From Bugula neritina (taxonomy: Eukaryota > Animalia > Bryozoa): 64,000 nt of DNA. The notes beneath the pieces are model-generated. The model did no database searches and was not told the DNA's origin. It worked only from the letters and a program-made list of their open reading frames with translations. Position numbers and translations under genes: made by a program. Positions 36,757 to 48,761 of this stretch are shown here, piece by piece (position 1 is the first letter of the stretch; each line of letters opens with the position of its first letter). Location of the stretch: contig OZ037766.1 in the NCBI GenBank assembly GCA_964035545.1, positions 32,230,773-32,294,772 of the forward strand. Reading direction: 5' to 3'.

Positions 36757-38771
36757 TTATCTAGAGTCAACGTTGGCTCTGAAAGGCTTTTTAATAAATT
36801 TAGATTTATATTTCCCATACTGAATCATATTAAGGATATATTTAGGAATACATGCTACCTCTATAAGAGTTACCTTCCCTTCATCTTCTCTATCAGCCAG
36901 ACAACGGGCACACATGTAAGAGGTTTTATCTAGGTCACAGATCAGTTCCTGGAGACTATCTGCAGAGCTCTCCACTTCAAATGAGACTTCAGGGTTGGAG
37001 TATTTCTCAAAGTGAAAGGTTACTGGATCAGACTGAGGTTGTAAAGTAAAAGCTGCTTCACCGTTTGTCTTTCCATCTTTTAAACTCTGTCTGTGTAAAA
37101 CTATTAGGCATGACTTCCGCTCAGTTGCATAGAAATTTGCAAGTTTCACCATTAATTTCATCCAAGCTGCTGCAGACTCAACTGGGAAGTACATATTATT
37201 CTGTAAGTCTGCATATCTTTTAATGATGTAATCATCTCTCAAAGAGTTGGCAAACATGAGTAGTTTGTGAGTCTCTGCTTCCATTAACTCTTCACTGCAT
37301 TCTGTTTGGCACAAGCTGATTGGGTCTTTAGATAAGCGGTATCTGTCCTTGATTAGTGCTGTTAGCTCAAATTGTTGAGGTATTTCCTGTTTCTTTTCTT
37401 CAGCCAGAATCTTCTTGCTTATAGAAACATAAGATATTCCTTCTAGTCTAGCCTTCCAGTGTGTGTTGAAAGATCTCAAAACAAACTCTGCACAACTCTT
37501 TAGAAAATTTGTCACTTCACTTATGAAGCTTTTTGATTCTTGGCAAACTCGCCAATTCCTGAGTGCAAGGATTTCTTGTATGAGTAGCACATAAAAGTGA
37601 GTGGCAATAATGAAAAGAAGCATACCATTTTTTGGAAAAGCATTGGCGTCTTGCATTACTTTCATTAATTCAATTCTTCTTAGACTTTCTTGTTCTTTTA
37701 ACATACGTATCAATTGCTCATTAGAATTATGCATGTTGAACTTACATCTTAAATATGTTTGCTTCACATAAATCACAAAACACTGAAGACTTGTTAACAG
37801 ATCAATAACCACAGGCTCTGGTCTTTCTTGAATATAATCCAACGCTAAAAGTTCTGTCACATAAAATAGGTAGTCTGATTCTTGTTGAGTATCGAAAAGA
37901 CCATGTAAGCTTACAAGGGGAGCAGGTAAGTTTACATTGACTCCACCAATGAGGCTTTCTACTAAGTTATGTGCAGTGTAGCTAGGACGAAGAGCTTCAT
38001 TTGAGAACACACGAAAGAAAAGCCTCTTCTCTTCATAAGCATTTGGCAGAGTTATATCACTTGCATCCATAGGCTCTGCCTCGTCCAAACCCATTAAACT
38101 GCCAGCAGTACCTATAGAAGTAGCTGCACTGCTGCTGCCAGAACCACTTTCAGTGGTGACTTTATGAACAGTAGCTGTGGCAGCAACAGCATCCCTTTCT
38201 ATGTCAGCCACATGTTCACTGTCCATCTCTGTGTCATCTACTGCAGGCTCATCCTCAGTGACTCCAGGTATAGTAGGAGCAGCACTGAAGCCACTCACGT
38301 CCATCTTTGTAATCTAAAAACAAACAAATTATATAATATTATTTTATAAAGTGCAGCACAATTAGCAGATTTCGATGCTGCCATGAGATGCCAATAAGAA
38401 TAACAAACTTCTGGAATATTTTCATTCACAATTTCATGTTAGAGTTCAGCAAAACCACTTTTCTAAAAATGAAACTGTATAAATAGCATAACAATTATAT
38501 TATATAATAACTTACTGCTGCTATTTATAGCATACAGTTTTATAATATTTTAATAACTTACAGGTTCTCTTGCAGCTTTACTTTTGTTACCCTCTTCTCT
38601 CACCAAAGCTTTTCCTTTAGCTTCTGCTTTAGGACCAGGAGATGTGTGAGGTGCTGTTGATGTTTTACTGGTTGAAGCAGTTGAAGGTTGGGAAGAAAGC
38701 TTACTTCTTTTGGGTTTGGTACCAGATGCACAGAGTAACTTCTGAGGATCCTTGGATTCTTTGGATGCCAT
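36757..38771 (-). CDS. Gene E: Cry-domain-I-like family protein, recent inverted duplicate of gene D
   Basis: Exon 1 38771-38562, exon 2 38313-36757; nearly collinear with D. Confidence 0.9.
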
Positions 38772-40309
38772 CTTTTCCTTCTTTGTACAAATCTGAGAAA
38801 GTTTTGCTTGAATCTAGACTTGTGGCTACCTTTATAGTCTGTTGGCTAACAGAAAGTCAGCTTTTTAGGCAGGAAATTTCTCTACAAACAATAATTCTTC
38901 AGCTGTAAAGCCAACCAACTCTAAAAGTCTATTGAAGTTAGGTTTATGACTCTCAGAATAGCCATCATATCATATACAGGTGGCTAGCAAGAGATACTAC
39001 TGATGGCTGGTTTTTCTATGAAATAAGCAGCTAGCTATTACTGTTGTCATTTGGACATTCTAGCTAGCTAGCTTCTAAATATTCTAAAATTTTAAACAAG
39101 TCACTGCAGAGAAACGCTGCACAAATTATCGCTAATTCCAATATCTATAAGGATTTTAGTTGTCAATCTATTTGCCATATTGATAATTTTATTTAGTTTA
39201 TTGCAACTAGTATATATTCAACATATCCTTTTTATTGTTTGCTATTCCCTGTTCTTGCAGCACTCAGAATAACCTTGAAGCTGACTTATAAATATTTATA
39301 GAACACAAGCTATATGCATGAGATTAAGTGAGACAACAAATAAAACTATATCCACTATAATATAAATATTAAGATCAGTCAAACTTAGCAACAATTAGTG
39401 TCAGTTCTATAAAGCCCCCCTCACTGAGTCTAGCAGAAACACCATCACTTGAGTGCATATCTACCATTCAGAATTACTCTATAGGCACGGACATACATAC
39501 TCAGGAGTTGCATATTTAGCTGATGGAGCCAGGATATGTGTGAATTATTTAATACTGCATAAATGTACCATGTCAGAGACTGTTCTATATTGTTGTACAA
39601 ATTAAAAACCGCGGGAGGTCTGTATGAACTATGAAGTATATGTATATCTATGCAGATTTTAAGCTCTAATTAGTACTGGAAATAGCATTAGTGAAGCTGA
39701 AGCACTTTTGGGGAAATTTAATCTATTTGTTTAATATATACTATGTTTTCAAATGGCTTATGTGCATGCTTTTATGTTTGTAGTAGCAGAACTTGACAAA
39801 AATCACCTCAATTTGATGTTCCATTCATACTGATGTAATATTATGACTCATGAGTTTGGCTTTAGTTAGTATATTTTATTATAACAAGAATTACAAGAAA
39901 GCAAGCTAAAGAAAACAGTATGAAACGCAAGTTAATCAGACGTAAACTATTTCCTGTATCAGTAACACATAATTGAGAAACTGAGCAGTGTTTCAAAGCC
40001 TCTGCAGCTGTAACAATATAATTTGATAGTTAAACAACAAGTTTAGTCAATATCAACTCTAGTGAAAATGATACAACAAAATATAAACATAAGAAAAGTA
40101 AATAGATATTGACAATATTGTTGGAAAGGTGATTGACTAAACACCACGCGACAAAGCGTATAAACAAAGTAGAAGCAAATGAGTAGACCTTGAAAATACT
40201 GTTGAAAGGTGATTGGATAATTTCAATGTGAATTTTTGTCTAGGGTTTATAATATGTTCATCGATCCGCTAGGACAATTAGCGGAGATATAGGTGAGAAA
40301 AATATTTGC

Positions 40310-42970
40310 TCAGCTGAATGATTTCTCAATAAACTTAAATTTGCCATGCCGAATCAAATCGACCATGTGTCTAGGAATACATGCTACCTCTATAAGAGTT
40401 ACCTTCCCTTCATCTTCTCTATCAGCCAGACAACGGGCACACATGTAAGAAGTTTTATCTAGGTCACAGATCAGTTCCTGGAGACTATCTGCAGAGCCCT
40501 CCACTTCAAATGAGACTTCAGGGTTAGAGTATTTCTCAAAGTGAAAGGTTACTGGATCAGCCTGAGGTTGTAAAGTGAAAGCTGCTTTACCATTCGAGTC
40601 TCCAGCCTTTAAACTCTGTCTGTGTAAAACCATTAGACATGACTTCTGCCCAGATGAGAGATTTGAAAGCTTAACAGCTACTTTCATCCAAGCTGCTGCA
40701 GACTCAATGGGAAAGTACATATTCTCTTGCAACTCTGAATTTCTTTCAATGATGTAATCATCTCTCAAGGAGTTAGCAAACATGAGTAGCTTGTGAGTCT
40801 CTGCTTCTACCGACTCAACATCACATCTGGCTGTGCAGAAGCAGACTGGATCTCTATGCAGTAAAGATCTGTCCATGACTAGTGCTGACAGCTTCAATTG
40901 TTGAGATATTTCCTGTTCCATTTCTGGTTCCTTCCTCTTTGCAACCAGAACGTTCTTGCTTATAGAAACATAAGATATTCCTTCTAGTGTAGCCCTCCAG
41001 TGTGTGTTGAAAGATCTCAAAACAAATTCTGCACAACTCTTTAGAAGATTTGTCACTTCACTTATGAAACTCTTTGATTCTTGGCCATTGAGCATATCTT
41101 CGAGTAAAAGTATCTCTTGTATGAGTAGAACATAAAAGTGAGTGGCAATAATGAAAAGAAGCATGTCATTTTTGGGAAAAGCATAGTCGCGCATTAATTC
41201 CATTAACTTTAGTCTGAGTGAAGCTCCTTGCATTCTCAATGTATCAATAAAAAATGTTGGAGTCAACATCTTCTGATGTAAATATGTTCTTTTCACAAAA
41301 TCGACTAAACACTCCAAACTTGCAAACAGATTCTCATTATCATAAGTCCAGTCTAGAAGTTCTCTCACATAAAATAAATACGAGTCTGATTCTTGCATTT
41401 TTATGAAAATTTTATCAAAAGTTGAAAGGGCAGCAGAAGAGTTTACAGCAGCAATGAGACTCTTTACTAAGTCATGTGCAGTGTCGCTTGGGTCATAAGT
41501 TTCATCCTGGTACACGTGGAAGAGAAGGCGTTTGTATTTATAAGCATTCGGCATAATTGAAGCAATGACATTAGTAAACTTTGCAACTTTAAAACTACTA
41601 TCAGAACTTGTAGATGCCAAAGTTTCATTAGCGGTTGTTGCCCCGATGCAACCAGAACTTTTAGTGATTGTTTTAGAATCAGTTAAAGATGCAGAAAGGG
41701 GGTCGGTTCTCGTATCAGTCATATTTTCACTGCCCATATCTGTTTGTACTTCTGGTTTACCGTCGATGACTCCAGCTATGGTAGGAGAAATGGTCAGATT
41801 ATCAACCTCTTTTGCAATCTGAAAATAAAAAACACATAAATGTAACATTATAGAAAGGCATTCTCTATTAATAGTTTGGTCGCAAGTTGTGTTTTATGCC
41901 AGAGTATCTCTTGGACTTTTTCTATTCAATTTAAATTGATCACACCGGTGTAATCCCTGTTGGACGCTATAAGTCAACCTTCCCACTTAGGCACTATTTA
42001 TTTATTTTGGTATACAATATATATTTGATAAGCAATTTATTTGAATATATCATCAAAATATTATTGCTTGCTGTTTAGCACATAAAGAAATTCCTTTGAT
42101 CTACAATAACCTATTGTTTTGCATTTTCTATACTTCTTGTTGTTTGAAAAGATACATTGGTAATAGGTATTCATTAAAGAAAATGTCAATTATTAATGTA
42201 TTAACAGTATTGCTGTTTTTTGTCCTACAATAATCTGTAAAAATTGAACTATTATTTCAAATAATTTATATTATATCTATAAGCATATTATTAGCTATTT
42301 AACAATCAAAACAACAGTTACGTAGGTACCAAAGTAAAAATATAGCGTCTAACTGAGATGAAACCACCATACCTGCTATGCTTATATAACAATACATAGC
42401 AACGTCACTTTTAATTACATAAACATTAAATGCTTAAGCACTTTTTGTAGAAGATTAAGTATAATATAAGGTGCATGTAGATCAAAAATCTGCTTTGCTA
42501 AAAATAGTTTGCTAGTTTAATTAAAATGTTTTATCAATTCCAAGCAATTATTTAGTTAGTGTTTTTATGCCACCAAGATGTCTTCAGTTGTATTTTAGTT
42601 TTTTATAGCAAAATTCCAGAATATTGTCACTTCAACTTTTTATAAAGTTCTTAAAAAATTATACTATTTAGGATAAAATTTTTCAGCCAAAAGAATATAT
42701 TATAACATACTACTTTTTATAAAAAAAATTCCAGCTGACAAAAATTACAGCAAATAAGTTTTATTGGTGTAATTAACTTACACACTCTTTAGTTGAAGCT
42801 TCACTTTTACAGTCCTGTTGGTCATTTCTTTTAGCTTCTGTTCTAGGAGCAGAGGATGGGTGGGGTACGGTGGGTGCCTCACTGGTAGAGCTAGTTGGTG
42901 ACGGAGAAGAAGGTTCACTGGGCTCAGTTTGAGCAGCCTCAAGTGGTTTCTGCTCACCTCCAGATGCCAT
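40310..42970 (-). CDS. Gene F: Cry-domain-I-like family protein (~565 aa)
   Basis: Exon 1 42970-42782 (TGT|gtaagt), exon 2 41818-40310 (tttcag|ATT). Motifs AFPKNDMLLFIIATHFYVLLIQE and WRATLEGIS. Confidence 0.88.
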
Positions 42971-45269
42971 CTTGTGTATTTTTGAAAGAGTCTCCACTTA
43001 AAGTTATAAATTAATCTCAACTGGTTTCGAGTTTTTATTTGTTTAGTCAACAAAAAGTTAGCTTTTTGCAAAAGATAATTCTGCATATACACCCTTAAAA
43101 AGCAGTAATAATTTATTTTATAAATAAAAGTTTGTAAATAGCACATTATAAAGCTTTGCAAGCTAAATCTTTAGCAGCTCTGAATCAAAGAGTGTAAAGA
43201 TGCTAACAATGGTTTTAGGAAAAGCTGCACAAATGTCCAGTTAGCTACAAATTGAATTCCAATGAATGCAATACTTTTTCCGAATTTAAATCTACAAAAT
43301 TTCCACGTACCATAAATAATGCATGTCAATTTCAATCAAAGCACCTGGTATAAACTAGTATGATATGCATTTCTTTTAAGAAATAGTCATGGCTGCATAA
43401 GAACCCCTGGTGGAAAGAGCTCCTTTCAGTGGATTTTGTTTTCTATCAAGTGGCAAAGGAGCAATTATGACTTAATACCCATTTTCTAATTTTACCAACT
43501 ATAACATTCACTAAAGTAATATAATATTATATAGCCAGTGACCTGTGTTTGTTAAACTAATGTTCTAACCACTATATAGCATCAATTTATTCTACACAAA
43601 TAGTTTATTTCTAATGTATTATTTAATTTTACACAGACTCATGTAGCTTCATTAACTGTTTAAATTATTTATTGCCGGCTTTATAGTAATAATGATCTTT
43701 AGAATATTTGTTTCATTCCTCTTTTAATTTATAGAAAAAAAGGAATAAGGTTTTTGTGATTCAAGACTTTCTAATATAAACTATTCTAGTAAGTAAATCT
43801 CTTCTCTAAATTTACATTGTTATTCTAGTCTACTGTTTGCATTGCTGCCAGAGAGGTCTACTGTTTGCATATTTCATTTAATGCTGTCAGAAGCTGTAGA
43901 ATGCTAACAATGCTCTTTACATAATAATAATTACTCCAGGTACCTGTAGCGCATGGACCCATGAGAGAAGAACTAGCTTCACAGTTACATGCGCTGTAAG
44001 GAGGATCAGGATAGCCTGAGTCTCACAAAGTGACTAGCTGTACAGCTACTCAAGGTTTTTCCATTATAATAAAAAACTTTTTATTTTTCACTAATAATTT
44101 GACGCAAAGAAAATAAAAATCTTGTAACCTGTTCTTTCCACTTCTCTTCCAAATGCATTTGACTAAATTATTCAAATTCATGAACTTCCCCCCACAGGAT
44201 AAACTTATAGCAGTTGCAATAATAGCATCTTATATAGCTATATATTATATAAACATTCACCTGGGCATGCCAATGACTTGCATGTTATGATAGCTAATTA
44301 GATTAGAGAGTGTACTATATTATATAATATATATATTATACTTATTTGAAATATGCATGTAGATGAAACTTTATTATTAAAGTTTGTTATTGTTTATTGC
44401 AAATTAATATTAGGCCTACAATATTTATTTTTACAAACTGCTCTATTACTTTATTATTCTATTTACATTGCTATGGTCACGCATAGTTAGGGTTGAAAGC
44501 TTTATATTTAAGCTACGTGAATGGGATAAAACGATTTTAGTTATTGGCAAATCTTTTTGCAATTCTGTACTAATTTTATTTTAACATACATACATAGCAT
44601 GTCAAATGTTTCAAATTTTACCTGCAGTTAATAGAATTTTATCTGCAGTTATAATTAGAGTTTTTGATTTACAACGTTTAGCTATAAAGTAAACACGCTT
44701 CATTCAGGTAATGTTTCAGTGAATAGTTATAAAATTTCTCAAGGTGTGACGAACACTGAGATCCTTTTAACAAACCAACCCAAGTAGTCTACTCTTTTGG
44801 TGTAGAGTTGTCTTCTATTGTCCTATAAGATAAGAATCATCTTGTATAAAACATTTCCATAAAACTCCTAGAATGTTATAGTTGCTTATATATTTTAAGA
44901 ACCCCTGATGAGGTTTTGTTTGATCATTTATAAATCATTGTTTTTTTTCAAAAACTTACAAGTTGCAACTCTTAAAATTACTTTCTCAACATCTTTTCAG
45001 TTCTGTAGAGCTATAGTTATAGTCATAATATGGGGAAACACCTGAACAGATATTTTATTAAGTTTAAAAAAAAAATAAAAACAGAATAAATTTTATAACA
45101 GCTAAAACATGCTTGATATTTGCCATGTATTAACGAAAATGTCATAAAAATAACAAACAGAAACATCATAAATAGAGTAATTCCTTCTGCAACCCATATG
45201 AATAATTGATAGGTCTTGTGCTGATCATGAATATGTAATGTTAGCAACTTATAAAAAAAGTGAGTTTCA

Positions 45270-47907
45270 CTACTGCTGTGCACGATTTGCATTTAACACT
45301 TTTATCGCTATTTTATCTACCAATTCTTTTTCCTCTATTTGTTCATTTCTTTTAAGGAGCTCAGTCTTCATTGATTCAGGAACACAGGCTAACTCAAAGA
45401 GTGTGACAGAGTTGCATTCCCCCTTATCTACTTGAACCTCACACCTGGCATAAGCGTATTCATCTTCTGAAAGATTCTGTAGATACGGCAAGACGACACT
45501 CTTTCTGGACTCAACTGGTTCCAGTTCTATCACAGTGAAAACTGGAACATGATCGGAAAGCTGGTGGTATTTGCCTGAGCGGAATTTAGTTGGATCATAT
45601 AGCTTCAAGGGCCGTTTGGCGGCTGGTAATGCCGCCAAATGACGCATACTGTTGAGCACTCGGCAGCTTGTCATGCGTGATGAAGAAGGTAAGCACATCT
45701 TCATCCACGTCTGGCAGCTGCCAACTGGGAACTGCAGCGTCTTGTCAAAATAAGTGAAGACGTCAGCAATGTATTTCTCATGGAGGATGCTGACGTGAAG
45801 TTTAAATGTATGGTGTATAGCGTCATCGTCTGCTAGTTGGCAGATTATAGTGCTCAGAACAATGGAAGATGCATATCTGTTGTAGATATCCAATACTGTA
45901 GCAACACATTGAAAGTCGGAATTCTGATTATTTCCACACGTGTAATTATGCACATTTGAAATACCCTCTAGCCTAACTTTCCACAAGGCGGTATACAATG
46001 TGAGCAAATGCCTAACACACATCTTAGAGGTCAATTTGATTTGTGGAAGCCATTGGGATTCTTCACTCGAGTTTATCAACATCAGTTCTTGAAGTAGAAG
46101 CAGGTAGAAATTTGTCAGCAAAATAAAAACTACCAGTGCTGACTTTGGAAAGGATTGCGAATTCTTCAAACTAATGAGTAGATCCGCCATTGCTTCTTCT
46201 TTTTTTATCAGCAAAGAGTATAAAGTTTTTGTGGACTGAAAAATATTTTTGCAAGGCAAATAAATTTGCTTCACGAATAGTACAAAGTTCTCTAAGTTCC
46301 GATAGACATCAAGTAATGGTTGTGTGAGTTTAGTCAGCTTGAAGGTGTTTAGCAAAACTGCTTTTATGTCTTCAAGATAATCTGCTGCAGGTTCCTGTCC
46401 GAAGATGTCATGGAAAGCATCCAATCCTTTCGGAGGACATGATTCCACGGCACTGTTTAGAGCTTGAACGAGCTCTCCAGCTTTATGTAATGCTTGAGTA
46501 GGTTCAGTTATATAAAACATACAGCTATCATTGGCCTCAGTGAATGTCAGGTGTTGGGGAGGTTTAGGGCCATGAAGAGACAAATCTTCGCCAGGTGTTT
46601 GCTTATCAGACAAGACAGCAGAATGCTGAGTTAAACTGTCTGTAGAGGAGACAGTAATAGCACTCACACTGTCAGTTGTGTCCTTAGTGGCAGTAGCAGT
46701 GATACCTTCAGTGGCAGTACCAGTGACGCCTTCAGTTGCAGTAGCTTCTGTAGTGGCAGTCTTATCTTGAGTATCAGGTGTATCATCATTTGCGACAGCA
46801 TCTGCGGCAGCACATGTGATTATCTGCAACAATAACATTCTGTTTGTTTTTATTTTCTGCAGCATAACTTTTGTTTGAAAGAACTTCATTTATATATCCA
46901 AATAAGGCAGCTGAAATTATGAAAGCATTACAAACATACTGTCCATAATTTCATTGGTCTATCTTTGAATGTTTATTACTTTGTGCATTATAAATGATTC
47001 CTGCCTTTTGATTTTGAACTGTTCACCATTTATATTTAAGATTTAGATGGGTCGTGAAAATTAGCCATTTTCTGAAATATTTGTGTAAATTAGACAATAT
47101 TTTAAGCCCAACATATATCATCTAAACTCGGACCTATTAATTACCTCTGCACTAAGCAACAAAAGATATTATTCATATTTCTAACCATTATATGTGAGGG
47201 TAAAGCAAATAATGTATCAGAAGTAATAAACAATGCACCAATCAGTGATATTAGAGTGTGAATATACTGATATTAGAAAACTAAAACAATTATTATAATT
47301 TATATCGCTAAAACAAACATTTCAACTAATAACTGACCTCTACAGAGCTAGAGGAAGTATCTCCAAAGACTTCAATTTCAGGGGCCACTGACAGATAGGT
47401 AGCACTTCTCATGCTGTCTGATGTGTGAAATACACCTTCTCCTGTTGAGGCCTCTTCACCAGCAATAGGCAGACATTTTTCAGCACTTTGATTTTTGCTA
47501 GAGCTCTCTGGATTGGCTAGTCCTTCTTTGCTAGAGCTCTCTGGATTGGCTAGTCCTTCTTTGCTAGAGCTCTCTGGATTGGCTAGTCCCTCTTTGCTAG
47601 AGCTCTCTGGATTGGCTAGTCCTTCTTTGCTAGAGCTCTCTGGATTGGCTAGTCCCTCTTTGCTAGAGCTCTCTGGATTGGCTAGTTTATCTTTGCTAGA
47701 GCTCTCTGGATTGGCTAGTCCCTCTTTGCTAGAGCCCGCTGGATTGGCTAGTCCATCTTTGCTGGAGCTGTCTCGGGATGGGCTGTTGATAAACTCACTG
47801 TTGAACTGCACCTCGAAGTGTTTGCTAGCAAGCTGCTGTAAAAGAAGCACATCTCTGCGATCTCTCAGTAACTGCTCTGAAGTGGGTAAGTCACTCTCAC
47901 TCTTCAT
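45270..47907 (-). CDS. Gene G: Cry-domain-I-like family protein with (EGLANPESSSK)n N-terminus (~707 aa)
   Basis: Exon 1 47907-47338 (GAG|gtcagt), exon 2 46823-45270 (ttgcag|ATA). Motifs SFPKSALVVFILLTNFYLLLLQE, WKVRLEGIS, PVGSCQTWMK, YAYARC. Confidence 0.85.
47495..47770. repeat. Coding 33-bp tandem repeat, ~8 copies
   Basis: ttgctagagctctctggattggctagtccttct units. Confidence 0.92.
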
Positions 47908-48761
47908 GTTGACACTCACTGCACAATTAGTTACTAGTTTGTAGAGTAGATCTGTTCCTAACTAGCCAGCAGCTGTTTGCTATGAGACCATAATTAGCTA
48001 CCCTTGGCTATATGCTAGGCAATCTCTGTACAGCTCAGCTTCACTCTTACTTTATTATGGTCTATACTCATTATGTTTCATGCCAGCTCTGCTAAATAAC
48101 ATGTTAAGTGTATGAGTTGCATGGCAAGCTTTCAGGCATTGAGATTTTCTAGAATATAATATCAACAGGACTATCTAGTAGAGTGTAGACTATGCAAGTT
48201 CTGGTCTACCCAACTACGTCTAAGCTACATGCTTTCAGTTCTAGAGCTGATTGAAAGACATCTTAACTAAGTTCACTACATCTACCAGGAATACTGCTAC
48301 GTAGGAGTTGTGGTCTCCAAGCAGGGAAATATAATTAGAAAGCTGTTACTTTATATTATCTCTCTACACATTCAAATAGATTAGGCCATACTGACTCAAC
48401 ATTGCTGTTATAATTCTGAACGGATTTTTTGTTAAATTATCTTAATAAGGAATTATATTTAGTTACCATTTAAAATGAGGACACTAAAGTTGCAGTGACC
48501 TGACCCAATCACTAACTCATCATTTCATATGATTTTATGAAAATCAATTTCCATAGACATGAATCATGACCATGCCTAGACTGCACTCAGTCACTCAGGT
48601 GTTACCTAGCCCGTGTACCCAAAAGACCTTTCAACTCAAAAGATTTATTAAATGACTATTTAGCTTTAATGCATACAGTACAATGACACGGATGTTTAAA
48701 AATATACAGTACAAATTTAAAGTAAATTTTCCATAAAATGGCAACTTGACATCCTTTTGTG

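Noticed and set aside
16400-39496. D/E arms as terminal inverted repeats of a giant transposon (Polinton-like)
   Set aside because: No polB, DDE transposase or capsid genes between the arms, no TSD seen, and the arms are themselves host-type genes.
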